Origin: Candidatus Uhrbacteria bacterium
GTDB taxonomy: Bacteria; Patescibacteriota; Patescibacteriia; UBA9934; GWF2-40-263
NCBI GenBank assembly: GCA_016188475.1
Contig: JACPHT010000008.1
Span: forward strand, 150,192 to 214,191
Length of the DNA: 64,000 nucleotides
Direction: 5' to 3'
In this document: piece after piece, positions 41,001 to 50,778 of the stretch
Numbering within the stretch: the stretch's first letter is position 1
Layout: every line of letters starts with the position of its first letter
Translations under genes and position numbers: made by a program
The notes under the pieces: model-generated
The model's database searches: none
Told to the model about the DNA's origin: nothing
What the model saw: the letters and a program-made list of their open reading frames with translations, nothing else

Positions 41001-41517
41001 CACCAAATATCTCTACATACTCGCGAACAATTTCTTCAACCCTTTCCGACTTTTCAGACCTTTCCGATCTTGCTCTTATTGCTTCATCAATCTCACCTTG
41101 ATATCCACCTGAAAGCGCGATCAATCCTTTTGAATACTGACGTAAAACTTCCAAATCAATTCTTGGCTTGTAATAAAATCCTTCGAGAAATCCGACTGAG
41201 GAAAGATGGATCAAGTTTCGATAACCTTCTTCATTTTGCGCAAGACAAACAAGATGAAATGGTTTTGTATCAATGTGCGCGCGTTTCAAATAACGTCCTT
41301 CGCGCGAAAGATAAAAATCAACTCCGATGATTGGTTTGATTCCTGCGTCTTTTGCTTTTTGATAAAATTCCATCGCACCATACATCGCGCCATTATCAGT
41401 AAGCGCCACAGAATCCATACCGCAATTTTTGACATGCGAAATAATCTCTTTGATTTTCGGAAGAGCCTCGAGAAGCGAATAGTGTGAATGGGTGTGAAGG
41501 TGGACGAAAGAGGACAT
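38023..41517 (-). CDS. dnaE: DNA polymerase III alpha subunit, with an in-frame 9-bp repeat insertion (RARSERSEKSERV)
   Basis: PHP domain MSSFVHLHTHSHYSLLEA...; length 1164 aa. Confidence 0.95.
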   Translation of the reverse strand: MSSFVHLHTHSHYSLLEALPKIKEIISHVKNCGMDSVALTDNGAMYGAMEFYQKAKDAGIKPIIGVDFYLSREGRYLKRAHIDTKPFHLVCLAQNEEGYRNLIHLSSVGFLEGFYYKPRIDLEVLRQYSKGLIALSGGYQGEIDEAIRARSERSEKSERVEEIVREYVEIFGDGNFFLELVDRPEIAEQESTNAQLIELGKKMNVPIVATKNTLYLKPQDAEAWKILNCIKGGKTLEHFERINPYDYDASMVSAQYMEERFADVPEAIENTRRIADRCLLELELGKWNFPKFEIPEGQTFRQVLTQRAEQQLAEKEGPLTDVMEQRLAYELEIIDQKGFCPYFLIVSDFINWARSNGIVTTTRGSAAGSLVSYGIGISSINPLTYELPFERFLNPERPSAPDIDTDFADNRRDEVLDYVRGKYGQEKVSQICTFGTMLARGSVRDVGRALGFPYPMVDEIAKLVPMGSQGFPMTLTRALNEAPDLKKKFDTDANVRRIIDLAKQIEGCARHVSIHAAGAVIAPTDLTDFTPLQIDTREGKVITQYEMHAVETAGLVKMDFLGIRNLSILGDAVALVKKLKGIEIDIERIPINDKKTFSLLAKGHTMGVFQLNGEGMTKYLMDLKPERVEDLMAMVALYRPGPIESIPEYIKRKHDTSLISYLDPRMEPILKMSYGVIVYQDDVMLTAIHLGGYSWLEADKLRKAMGKKIPAEMALQKIKLLEGFIAHGLTDDKARQLWKLIEPFAAYGFNKSHAASYGMVAYQTAYMKANFPAEYMTALMTAEAGDLEKIAEAVHECERLGIEVLSPDINESRKDFTFMNDKQIRFGLLVVKNLGEEVVASIITERKNNGPFKDLSDFAGRISHHAFNKKSLEALIKSGALDRFGERRQLFENVDRILMHNKSIQKEISSNQQSLFSSSPTVMDSAITLRETEPAGIQELLAWEKELLGLYLSAHPFEQSASVLGPLIVPCAKVKDHPSSKLIHCGGVITAIKEIITKKGEPMAFVSVEDATGVVELVLFPEVFTRSKFSLQLDQLTLVSAKVSRRNGELSLLANGLIGYTEDQLPQLVQMLSRGQWADPKTVVAQVPVITGTLSIALQGNPAPELVSRLREILQRSPGQTSVCLLVESGGRVRQIETDYSVFISDEIVDEIASLVGRQNVKVT
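41041..41069. repeat. 9-bp tandem repeat, in frame inside dnaE
   Basis: Seen directly. Confidence 0.6.
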
Positions 41518-41525
41518 ATGTGTAC

Positions 41526-41577
41526 TTCCGACTTCTGATTTCTGATTTCTGATCTCTGATCTCCGATCTCTGATTTA
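41526..41577. repeat. 7-bp tandem repeat (TCTGATT-like, about 7 units) in the dnaE 5' leader
   Basis: Seen directly. Confidence 0.6.
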
Positions 41578-41661
41578 AGAGATTACCATTTCCGAGTCCA
41601 TGAATCAAAAAAACGCAGGTCGAAGCCTGCGCCACCATACAACGCAGGCTAAAGCCTGCGG

Positions 41662-41961
41662 CTACTTACTTTTTTTCTTACTCTTTTTTGTCTTTTCCAA
41701 CCGTTTATCAACAATATACTCCATTCCTTTTGCCGCTAATTGAACCACAACTCCCAAAGACGAAGTGGCTGTTTCAAATTTAGATTGAATTCCTGAAAGC
41801 GCTGATTCAACTTTGTGCATCACTTCTTTTCCTTCATTCATCGTTTCATTCACGTTTCTCAACATTGATGCCATCTGCCACAAAAGCCAAAAAATTGCGG
41901 CCGTAAGCCAAAGCGCGCAGAAAGCAAGTACAATGTACAAAATATCAAGTGGGGAAAACAT
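41662..41961 (-). CDS. small hypothetical membrane/coiled-coil protein (DUF948-like)
   Basis: ORF. Confidence 0.35.
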   Translation of the reverse strand: MFSPLDILYIVLAFCALWLTAAIFWLLWQMASMLRNVNETMNEGKEVMHKVESALSGIQSKFETATSSLGVVVQLAAKGMEYIVDKRLEKTKKSKKKSK

Positions 41962-41967
41962 AGAAAA

Positions 41968-42006
41968 AAGGTCTGAGAGGACGGAAAGGACGGAAAGGAC
42001 GGAAAT
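41968..42006. repeat. (GGACGGAAA)n tandem 9-mer repeat, abutting the pheT stop codon
   Basis: Seen directly. Confidence 0.6.
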
Positions 42007-42007
42007 G

Positions 42008-44470
42008 TTACGATCTTAGTATAGCATGAAATTCTTCTTCCAGCACATGACGAATTTTTTCAACTTCTTGATCAACTTCTTTTGATTCTAACGTTCGTTC
42101 ATCAGATCTAAATGACAAATGAATCGCGAGAGATTTTTTTCCTTCTTCAACCCCTTTGCCGCGATAAACATCAAACAATTCAATTCGTTCAAGAAGTGTT
42201 GAAGTTTTTCCTAACTTCTCTTCGATTGTTTCGTATTCAGAACGTTCATCAAGAACAAACGCTAAATCGCGTTTCACTTCTGGAAATTGTGGAAGCTGTT
42301 TGAATGATTTAATCGATGTGCATTTCGAAAAAAATTCTGGCTCATGAATGTCAATCAAAACGCAAACAGGATCCAAACCAAAATTTTTCACGAACATGTC
42401 GCTCACTTGCCCAATTTCGCCAACATAATTTTTGCCAATATAAATTGCTGCGAGACGGCCGTCGTGATAATGCGCGATGTAGTCAGCCGGATCGCGTGAA
42501 CGTTCGAGTGACCAGTCGTTGATTCCTAGTTCTCGCATCAATCGCGCAAGCGCGCCTTTTGCACGCAAAAATAATTCACGTCCATCTTTTCCATAGCAAG
42601 CAATCACAAGATGTAATGGTTCATCAGGCAGATTGCCTTTTTTTGGAATGTAAACTGGAGCAATTTCAAACAAATCCGCTTCTGGAAAACGATGCTGATT
42701 CTGTTCGACTGTTGTGAGCATGCTCGGAACAAGAGACGGACGCATAAATTCAAATTCACTACTTAATGGATTGCGCAAAAAAACCGCATAATCTTTTTTC
42801 ATTCCGTACGCAGTGAGCTGTTTTTCGGAAATGAACGAATACGAATATATTTCTGTAAAACCAGCGCCTTTAAGAACTTCTTTTGTTCGACGCTGAAACT
42901 TTATCGCTTGATCTTCTTGAATCAACTGAATTTCGCCAGCCGGAAAAACCGACGGAAAATTCGCATACCCATACACGCGAGCGATCTCTTCAACAAAATC
43001 AACTGATGCTTCAATATCATGGTCGCGCCAGTATGGGACAGTAATCTGAAAATATTTATTCACTGAGCGAAGGCCTGTTACCCCTTCTACAAGCTCAGGG
43101 AGTAACTGGCCTGAGTCGAAGGGTCCTTTTACAACAAATCCGAGTCGCTCCAGAATTTCAACCATCTTTTTGTCTTCCATTTCAATTCCCATGAGTGCGC
43201 GTGCTTTTTGCGGATCAAAATCAAACACGCGTGATTCGTAAGACTTTGCTTGTTCTGTCATAACTGACGAAGCGGTTTTTCCACCAGTGAGTTCAGTAAT
43301 GAGTTCCACAGCTCGCGCAAGCGCCGGCTCGGTAGATTCTGTTGAAAGACCTTTCTCAAATAACAATTGCGAATCAGAATACAAATTCAGCGCGCGCGCT
43401 GTGCGTCGAACAGAAACAGGATCAAACGTCGCGCTCTCAATCAAAACACGCGTTGTATTTTCGGTTGTCGCTGTTGCTTCCCCTCCCATTACTCCTGCGA
43501 CCGCAACAACTTTTTTCGCATCAGCAATCACAAGCATATCATCTGAAAATTCATAATCCTTTCCATCAAGCGCTTTCATTTTTTCACCTTTTTTTGCTTT
43601 GCGAACAATAATTTTTTCACCATCAAGTTTGTCAGCGTCAAACGCATGAAGCGGCTGGCCGTATTCGTGTAAAACGTAATTTGTAATATCAACGACATTA
43701 TTTATCGGACGATGGCCAGCAAGCAGTAAACGTTTTTGCAACCACCACGGCGACGGCCCGACTTTTACGTTTTCAATCAAAATGGCGGAATATTTCGGAC
43801 AAAGTCTTGGTTCTTTAACTTCAATCGTAAACCTATCATCATCTTCTTTCAGACCTTTCAGACCTTTCAGTCCTTTCAGACCTTGTTCTGTAACAACCGC
43901 CCCTTCCCTCGCCTGCCCAACAATACTCATGCAATCAACACGATTACTCGTTACTTCAATATCAAAAATAGTGTCGTCAAGTTCAAGCGCTTTCGCAATT
44001 GACGTTCCGGGTTTTGCAGAAGTAAGTTCTGTTATATCCCAAATCTCATGATATCCATGTGGCAACTTTTCAAAACCGATTTCTTCAACAGCGCAAATCA
44101 TACCATGACTTTCTACTCCACGAATTTTTGTTTTTGCAAGTTCAACCAAATCCCCTTCTCCGTGCCATTTAACTTTTGCCCCAGGAAGTCCCACAACCAC
44201 TCGTTGTCCTTGCGACAAGTTCACACCTCCGCAAACAATTTCAACAGTCCCATGTCCAACATCAGTTAGAGCGATCTTTAGCTTGTCAGCGTTTGGATGC
44301 GGCTTCACTTCTTTTACAAAACCAACGACTATTTTTTCAAATCGCTCTGAAAGTTGATCCATCCGCTCAACAGAATTTCCGACAGCAGTTGTTTTCTTCG
44401 CAAATTCTTCCGGCGAAAGATCAGTGTCAAGATATTCTTTAATCCAATTGTAGGAAGTAAGAATGTTCAT
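42008..44470 (-). CDS. pheT: phenylalanyl-tRNA synthetase beta subunit, with an in-frame GLKGLKGLKGLK insertion
   Basis: tRNA-binding domain, B3/4, B5 and FDX-ACB architecture. Confidence 0.9.
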   Translation of the reverse strand: MNILTSYNWIKEYLDTDLSPEEFAKKTTAVGNSVERMDQLSERFEKIVVGFVKEVKPHPNADKLKIALTDVGHGTVEIVCGGVNLSQGQRVVVGLPGAKVKWHGEGDLVELAKTKIRGVESHGMICAVEEIGFEKLPHGYHEIWDITELTSAKPGTSIAKALELDDTIFDIEVTSNRVDCMSIVGQAREGAVVTEQGLKGLKGLKGLKEDDDRFTIEVKEPRLCPKYSAILIENVKVGPSPWWLQKRLLLAGHRPINNVVDITNYVLHEYGQPLHAFDADKLDGEKIIVRKAKKGEKMKALDGKDYEFSDDMLVIADAKKVVAVAGVMGGEATATTENTTRVLIESATFDPVSVRRTARALNLYSDSQLLFEKGLSTESTEPALARAVELITELTGGKTASSVMTEQAKSYESRVFDFDPQKARALMGIEMEDKKMVEILERLGFVVKGPFDSGQLLPELVEGVTGLRSVNKYFQITVPYWRDHDIEASVDFVEEIARVYGYANFPSVFPAGEIQLIQEDQAIKFQRRTKEVLKGAGFTEIYSYSFISEKQLTAYGMKKDYAVFLRNPLSSEFEFMRPSLVPSMLTTVEQNQHRFPEADLFEIAPVYIPKKGNLPDEPLHLVIACYGKDGRELFLRAKGALARLMRELGINDWSLERSRDPADYIAHYHDGRLAAIYIGKNYVGEIGQVSDMFVKNFGLDPVCVLIDIHEPEFFSKCTSIKSFKQLPQFPEVKRDLAFVLDERSEYETIEEKLGKTSTLLERIELFDVYRGKGVEEGKKSLAIHLSFRSDERTLESKEVDQEVEKIRHVLEEEFHAILRS
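43848..43884. repeat. (CAGACCTTT)n tandem 9-mer repeat, in frame inside pheT
   Basis: Seen directly. Confidence 0.6.
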
Positions 44471-44473
44471 AAT

Positions 44474-45520
44474 TTAAAACTGCTTCACAAATCTCAAATC
44501 ATTTTTATATAACACACGAATGTCATCGATTTTAATTCCTTCACGCATCATGAGTGTTCGCTCAACTCCCCAACCAAAAGCGAATCCGGAATAAACTTCA
44601 GGATCATGTCCGCCGGCTTTGATTACATTTGGATGAACCATTCCGGCGCCTCCAAGTTCAAGCCAACCACCTTTGCATAAACGGCAATTTCCATTTTCAT
44701 TTCCACCGCAGACTCCACATGTGATATCAACTTCGAAACTCGGTTCTGTGAATCTAAAGTGATGCGGGCGCAAACGCGTGCGTCTATTGGGTCCAAAAAA
44801 TGTCTTTGCAAAATAATCTAGAATTCCTTTCAAATGAACAACCGAGATATTTTTATCAATCATCAATCCTTCAAACTGATGAAACATCGGGATATGGCTT
44901 ATATCAATCTGACGACGATACGTCCGATTGATATTTATAATGCGAATCGGCGGCTTTGTAGTTTCCATCACACGCACTTGGGAATTTGAAGTGTGAGGTG
45001 TTAAAACTATTTTCCCTTTCTTTCCTTCAGGCAAATCAACAAAAAACGTTTCCCAATCATCGCGAGCTGGATGATCTTTCGGCATGTTAAGAGATTCGAA
45101 AACGTAATAATCCCAATCTATCTCTGGAGCGCGCACTGAAGTAAAACCTACACGCGCGAAAATGTCAGTGATCTCCGAGATGGCTTGTGTAACAGGATGA
45201 AGATGACCTTCGGATGGAAATTTTCCAGGCTCTGTTACGTCAATCCATTCTTGGTCAAGACGAGAACCAGGATGTCTCATATCAAGCTCCGATTCTTTTT
45301 GTCCGTAAGCGGTTTCTAGCGCGTCTTTTATTTCATTAGCCAACTTGCCGATTGCTTTTCGTTCTTCATCAGCAAGAGTAGCAACATCTTTGAGAAGCGT
45401 TTTGAGTTTTCCTTTGCGTCCCAAAAATTCATTTTTTACTTCTTCAAGCGCAACATGATCTTTCACATCGCGTAAAGTGTTTTCAAAATCTTTTTTTAAT
45501 TGCTCCAATTCAATTTTCAT
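44474..45520 (-). CDS. pheS: phenylalanyl-tRNA synthetase alpha subunit
   Basis: Class-II motifs. Confidence 0.9.
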   Translation of the reverse strand: MKIELEQLKKDFENTLRDVKDHVALEEVKNEFLGRKGKLKTLLKDVATLADEERKAIGKLANEIKDALETAYGQKESELDMRHPGSRLDQEWIDVTEPGKFPSEGHLHPVTQAISEITDIFARVGFTSVRAPEIDWDYYVFESLNMPKDHPARDDWETFFVDLPEGKKGKIVLTPHTSNSQVRVMETTKPPIRIININRTYRRQIDISHIPMFHQFEGLMIDKNISVVHLKGILDYFAKTFFGPNRRTRLRPHHFRFTEPSFEVDITCGVCGGNENGNCRLCKGGWLELGGAGMVHPNVIKAGGHDPEVYSGFAFGWGVERTLMMREGIKIDDIRVLYKNDLRFVKQF

Positions 45521-45529
45521 ATTATTTTT

Positions 45530-45612
45530 GTCATTGCGAGAGAGCGCCAGCGACCGAAGCAATCTCTTTGCTTAGATTGCTTCGTCGTCACTACGTTCCT
45601 CCTCGCAATGAC
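45530..45612. repeat. Nested palindromic element GTCATTGCGAG...cgaagcaatct-loop-agattgcttcg...CTCGCAATGAC, between pheS and rseP
   Basis: Seen directly. Confidence 0.65.
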
Positions 45613-45617
45613 GCGGA

Positions 45618-46727
45618 CTAAATGAGTGATTTAATCGCTCCTAATATCTCATCTCCAAAATTTACAAAATCTTTATAAGTCACAAGAACAACAAGAACCA
45701 TAAGCAACAGGAATCCTAAATTGTGAACTGCTGTTTCTATTTTCACATTGACGTTTCTTCCGCGCAACTTTTCGATAATCAAAAACATCAAGCGTCCGCC
45801 ATCAAGCGCCGGAAACGGCAGAACATTTATTACAGCAAGATTGATTGACAAAAGCGCTGTGAATTGTAAAAGATGAATAATTCCAAGCGCCGCAACTTGT
45901 CCTGTTAAAACAGCAATACCGACAGGACCTGAGAGATCGACTCCAACGCCTTTTCCAGCAATTAAACTTCCAATAATTCCAATAAACGCCGCGACAATCG
46001 CATATGTTAACTCCACGGTCGTTGTAACTCCTTGCCAGATTGCCTGAAAAAAAGGATACGACACAAAACCTGTTAGCTCAAATCCAAGTCCTACGCCAAC
46101 AAGATCTGTTCCTTCAAGCGGCTTGGAAGTCAAAACAAAAGTTTTACTAGGTTCGTCTTTTGCTTGAGTGGCAAGTTTTATTTCGCCCAATCCTTTTTCT
46201 AAAATATAATCTCGCGCGTCTTGAGCTGAATTGAAAACTTGTCCGTCAATAGAAACAATACGATCGCCTTCGTTCACACCGGCTTCAAAAGCCGGAGATT
46301 TTTCCAAAACTGTCATGATTGTAAGTTCTGGTTGATTAACTCGAGCAGACTTTGGCAAGTTGTTATCAACAACGCTCGGCAAACCAACCATAAATCCGAT
46401 TGAAAAAAGAACTGCCGCAAGAACTAAATTCATTGCAACACCAGCTATCAAAACAGAGAAACGTTGCCAGATTTTTTTTGACGAAAAACTGTCCGGATCT
46501 TCTTTGTGATCGCCAGACTCGCCTTTGATTCGCACAAACCCGCCAAGCGGAATCCAATTGATCGAATATATTGTTTCTCCGCGTTTTATTCCAAATAATT
46601 TTGGCGGAAATCCAAATCCAAATTCTTCAACTTTCATTCCAGTTTTTTTAGCAACCAAAAAATGTCCGAGTTCGTGGACAAAAACGAGCAAAGATAAAAC
46701 GATGATGAAAATCAATAATGTCAGCAT
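45618..46727 (-). CDS. rseP: RIP site-2 metalloprotease (RseP family) with PDZ domain
   Basis: HELGHFLVAKK HExxH motif. Confidence 0.85.
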   Translation of the reverse strand: MLTLLIFIIVLSLLVFVHELGHFLVAKKTGMKVEEFGFGFPPKLFGIKRGETIYSINWIPLGGFVRIKGESGDHKEDPDSFSSKKIWQRFSVLIAGVAMNLVLAAVLFSIGFMVGLPSVVDNNLPKSARVNQPELTIMTVLEKSPAFEAGVNEGDRIVSIDGQVFNSAQDARDYILEKGLGEIKLATQAKDEPSKTFVLTSKPLEGTDLVGVGLGFELTGFVSYPFFQAIWQGVTTTVELTYAIVAAFIGIIGSLIAGKGVGVDLSGPVGIAVLTGQVAALGIIHLLQFTALLSINLAVINVLPFPALDGGRLMFLIIEKLRGRNVNVKIETAVHNLGFLLLMVLVVLVTYKDFVNFGDEILGAIKSLI

Positions 46728-46733
46728 ATCATT

Positions 46734-47942
46734 TTACGAAATCACTCTAACAAAATGTCTTTTTCCTTTTTGGATTAGAACACCTTCTTTTGTTGGTTTA
46801 ATAATCTGTTCCAAATCTTCAACAATTTTTCCATCCAATTTAACTCCACCGCCTTCGATCAATCGCCGCGCGTCGGACTTTGATTTTGCAATTCCTGAAT
46901 CAACCAAAACATCAACCAAAGACATCGCCGATGTAATTTTGTGTTCTAGAATATTCTCTGGCGTTTCATGTTCCTTAAACATCTGGTCGAACCGATCGCT
47001 CGCCTCTTGAGCTTCTTTTTCTCCAAAGTATTGCGAAACAATTTCTCGAGCAAGTCGCGCTTTCAAATCGCGCGGATTTATTCCGTTTTTCATTTCTTTT
47101 TTAATCGGTTCAAGTTCAATGTCAGTTAAAATTTCAAACCCCGGTAAAATCATCCCGTCAGTCCAACTCATAATCTTTCCAAACATATCATCGCTCGAAT
47201 CAGACAGTCGGATTATGTTTCCTTCGCTCTTTCCCATTTTTTTGCCAGTTGGATCTTCAAGAAGTTTATTTGCGATCACAAACTTTTCTTTTCCTTTCAT
47301 CGCTTTCATGAGCGTGCGTCCAGCGAGCATGTTAAATGTTTGATCATTTCCACCGACTTCTCCGTCAACATCCATTGCAACACAATCATAACCTTGCATG
47401 AGAGGATAGAGAAACTCGTGCATGTAAATATCTTTACCGTCTTTTATCCTTTGTTTGAACATATCTCGCGCTAACATTTGTGGAACAGTAAAATGTGCCG
47501 CGAGTTCGATTACCTCAGCAAAACTCATTTTCCCAAGCCACTCACTATTGTATTTGAGTTCAACCGAATTTTTTCCACCAAAATCCAAAATTTTTCCGGC
47601 TTGTTCTTTATATTTTTCTGCATTTTTCAAAACCTGCTCGCGAGTTAGTCGAACACGCGTTGCTGATTTGTCAGTTGGATCGCCAATCATTCCTGTAAAA
47701 TCTCCGATGAGTAGAATAATTTTATGGCCAAGATCTTGAAACTGACGCAATTTTCGAAGTTGTATTGAATGACCGATATGTAAATCCGGTCCTGTTGGAT
47801 CAATTCCAAGATAAAGCGAAAGTTGCTTCCCTTCTTTCAAGCGCGTTTCCAAAAATTCGCGAGAAGGAAAAATATTTTCCACTCCACGCGTCAGAAGCGT
47901 TTCGATTTTTTTTGGATCTGTGTCAATAGTCATACGGTTCAA
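46734..47942 (-). CDS. tyrS: tyrosyl-tRNA synthetase
   Basis: HIGH and KMSKS motifs (HIGHSIQ, KMGKS). Confidence 0.9.
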   Translation of the reverse strand: MNRMTIDTDPKKIETLLTRGVENIFPSREFLETRLKEGKQLSLYLGIDPTGPDLHIGHSIQLRKLRQFQDLGHKIILLIGDFTGMIGDPTDKSATRVRLTREQVLKNAEKYKEQAGKILDFGGKNSVELKYNSEWLGKMSFAEVIELAAHFTVPQMLARDMFKQRIKDGKDIYMHEFLYPLMQGYDCVAMDVDGEVGGNDQTFNMLAGRTLMKAMKGKEKFVIANKLLEDPTGKKMGKSEGNIIRLSDSSDDMFGKIMSWTDGMILPGFEILTDIELEPIKKEMKNGINPRDLKARLAREIVSQYFGEKEAQEASDRFDQMFKEHETPENILEHKITSAMSLVDVLVDSGIAKSKSDARRLIEGGGVKLDGKIVEDLEQIIKPTKEGVLIQKGKRHFVRVIS

Positions 47943-47944
47943 TT

Positions 47945-49312
47945 CTATTCATTTTCTTTGATAAAAGCAATCAACTCGTCACGCTTTTCTTTCATCAACT
48001 CATCGCTGGTTGCTTCGACAATTAATCGCAAAAGCGGTTCTGTATTCGACGGACGAATAATAAACCACCAATCACGATCAAACTCACAGCGAATTCCATC
48101 GAGTTTATTCACAAAACTTGCGCGATTCACGTAATTTTTTTCGATCGCTGAAATCGCTTTTGCTTTATCACGAACTTCTAAATTCACTTCCCAGCTATTT
48201 GAATAATTGTGAAAATCTTTTGTCAGATCAGAAAATGTTTTTCCAGATCGTCTCCAAATTCCAAGAACATTTACAAAGGCAAAATCAACTGATTCAAGCC
48301 CGCCAAATTCTTTGAAAAAAAAGTGACCGGAAACTTCGCCGCTAAGCGATGCGCCAAAATCATGCATCGCGCCTATCACAAACGTTCGTCCAATTCGAAT
48401 CTCAATTATTTCTCCGCCATTCTCGCGAATTGTGTCGCTTGAAATCCAACTCTGATTTGGTGAAACAACAACTTTCGCTCCGGGTTCGCGTAAAAGTAAA
48501 TCTTTAGAGAGCAAAGCCAACATCTGATCACCGCGCAAAGTGTTCCCTTCGTTATCAACAAACCCAATGCGATCAGAATCACCGTCGAGTGCGATCCCAA
48601 AATCAGCACGCTCTGCAACAACAACTTTTCTCAACACTAACATATTCTCCTCAATCGCGGGATTCGGTTCGTGATTTGGAAAACTTGCATCTGGTTCTGG
48701 AAATAATTCAATCAAATTTATTCCAAGCCCAGCCGCAAGTGGCCTAATGCTCAAAGATCCCATTCCATTTCCATAATCAACAACAATCTTGACTCCTGAA
48801 ACATCTGGAATGCTTACGGTTGTTATGCATTTATCTAAATACAAAGGCAAAATATTTTGTTTTGAAACAGAACCAGAGGTTTCAGCATGCGAAATTCCGG
48901 ATTTTATCAACTGTAAAATCTCTTGGCCCGAAATTGGAACTCCAGTATTATAAGCCATCTTTATTCCATTATACTTCGAGGGATTGTGAGAGGCTGTTAC
49001 CATGAGGCCAGCATCTACATTTTCTTGAGATGAAACCGCGAAGTTATACATTGAAGTCGAACACAAACCAATATCAATTACATTTGCTCCCATTGACGCG
49101 ATTCCTTCAATCGCGGCGTGAGAAAGTTCCTGACTTGTGGATCGCATATCTCTTCCAACAATAACAGTTTTTGCTGAAGTTTTAACAACAAGTGCCATAC
49201 CGACTTGTCTTGCAATTTCTGGCGTAACCTCTTCAAGCAGACCTCGAATGTCATAAGCCTTAAAAATATGGTCTGGAAGTGTGTTCATAATTGACGATTT
49301 TGGCTTATTCAC
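47945..49312 (-). CDS. phosphoglucomutase/phosphomannomutase family protein
   Basis: TASHNPSKYNGIK active-site loop. Confidence 0.8.
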   Translation of the reverse strand: MNKPKSSIMNTLPDHIFKAYDIRGLLEEVTPEIARQVGMALVVKTSAKTVIVGRDMRSTSQELSHAAIEGIASMGANVIDIGLCSTSMYNFAVSSQENVDAGLMVTASHNPSKYNGIKMAYNTGVPISGQEILQLIKSGISHAETSGSVSKQNILPLYLDKCITTVSIPDVSGVKIVVDYGNGMGSLSIRPLAAGLGINLIELFPEPDASFPNHEPNPAIEENMLVLRKVVVAERADFGIALDGDSDRIGFVDNEGNTLRGDQMLALLSKDLLLREPGAKVVVSPNQSWISSDTIRENGGEIIEIRIGRTFVIGAMHDFGASLSGEVSGHFFFKEFGGLESVDFAFVNVLGIWRRSGKTFSDLTKDFHNYSNSWEVNLEVRDKAKAISAIEKNYVNRASFVNKLDGIRCEFDRDWWFIIRPSNTEPLLRLIVEATSDELMKEKRDELIAFIKENE

Positions 49313-49896
49313 GTAAGATTTACTTAGAATTAACCTACAAAAATATGGAACTTATTTGGGTCCTTGTAATTATAGTTGTCCTGCTCGCGCTTTGGCTTAT
49401 TCTAACATATAACGGCCTAATCAGCTCAAGAAATAGAGTGGATGAAGCCTGGTCGGATATTGAAGTTCAGCTCAAGCGCAGATACGACTTGATTCCAAAC
49501 ATCGTAAATACGGTGAAGGGATACGCAACACACGAAGAAAGCGTGTTTAGCAAAGTAACAGAAGCGCGCTCGGCCGCAATGGGAGCTCACACAATGAAAG
49601 ATCACGCGAAAGCGGAAAACATGTTGAGCGAAACGCTTAAGTCTCTTTTTGCTGTTGCTGAAAGCTATCCGCAATTGCAAGCTTCGCAAAACTTCCTTCA
49701 ACTTCAACACGAACTCACAGATGCGGAAGACAAAATCCAGGCCGCGCGACGTTTCTACAACGCAAATACTCGCGACTTCAATACAAAGCTCGAAGTCTTC
49801 CCAACAAATTTAATTGCTGGAACATTTGGATTTACGCGTCGAGAATTTTTTGACGCGCCTGATGTTGAACTTGAAAAACCGGTGGTTCAGTTCTAA
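49291..49896 (+). CDS. lemA: LemA family protein
   Basis: Good resemblance to the LemA family. Confidence 0.7.
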   Translation: MTILAYSRKIYLELTYKNMELIWVLVIIVVLLALWLILTYNGLISSRNRVDEAWSDIEVQLKRRYDLIPNIVNTVKGYATHEESVFSKVTEARSAAMGAHTMKDHAKAENMLSETLKSLFAVAESYPQLQASQNFLQLQHELTDAEDKIQAARRFYNANTRDFNTKLEVFPTNLIAGTFGFTRREFFDAPDVELEKPVVQF

Positions 49897-49898
49897 AT

Positions 49899-50777
49899 AT
49901 GTATTCGCAAATAACTGCGAACAAAAGAAAGACTTGGATTTTAATTTTTGCGTTCGTTGTAGTCATCGTATTGCTCGGATGGATTTTCGGAGCTTGGGCT
50001 GGTGATGGGCGATTTGGAATTATCGCGGCTGTCATTATTGCGACAATCATGACACTTGTTGGATATTACAAAGGTGATTCAGTTGCACTAGCGGTTTCTG
50101 GCGCAAAAGAAATTAAAAAACAAGATAGTCCTGAACTTTATCGGCTGGTTGAAAACTTAAGTATCGCTTCTGGCCTTCAAACACCAAAAGTTTTCATCAT
50201 TCAAGACAGATCAGCAAATGCGTTTGCAACTGGTCGCGATCCACAACATGCGTCAGTTGCGGTTACAACAGGACTTTTACAAATCATGGACAAACAAGAA
50301 CTCGAAGGTGTTCTCGCGCACGAACTTTCACACATTAAAAATTACGACATCCGTGTAATGACAATAGTCGTTGTGCTCGTTGGAGTGATAATGCTTTTGT
50401 CAGACTGGATGTTGCGCTCGATGTTTCATTCCGATCGCGACAACAAAGCCGCTGGAATTCTAGTAATTGTCGGAATTGTTTTAGCGATTTTGTCTCCACT
50501 GTTTGCAGAACTTATCAAACTGGCGGTTTCACGTTCGCGAGAATACTTGGCAGACGCGTCCGGTGCGCTTCTCACTCGTTATCCTGAAGGTCTTGCGCGA
50601 GCTTTGGAAAAAATCGCAATCCACGATAAACCAATGCGAAAAGCGAATCACGCGACAGCACATTTATTTCTCGCCAATCCATTTGATCCACATGTTACAA
50701 AAAAATTTGAACATTTGTTTTCAACTCACCCGCCGATTGAGGAAAGAATAGCGAAACTAAAAAAAATGGCTATTTGA
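49899..50777 (+). CDS. htpX: M48 protease HtpX
   Basis: HELSHIKNYD. Confidence 0.85.
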   Translation: MYSQITANKRKTWILIFAFVVVIVLLGWIFGAWAGDGRFGIIAAVIIATIMTLVGYYKGDSVALAVSGAKEIKKQDSPELYRLVENLSIASGLQTPKVFIIQDRSANAFATGRDPQHASVAVTTGLLQIMDKQELEGVLAHELSHIKNYDIRVMTIVVVLVGVIMLLSDWMLRSMFHSDRDNKAAGILVIVGIVLAILSPLFAELIKLAVSRSREYLADASGALLTRYPEGLARALEKIAIHDKPMRKANHATAHLFLANPFDPHVTKKFEHLFSTHPPIEERIAKLKKMAI

Positions 50778-50778
50778 T

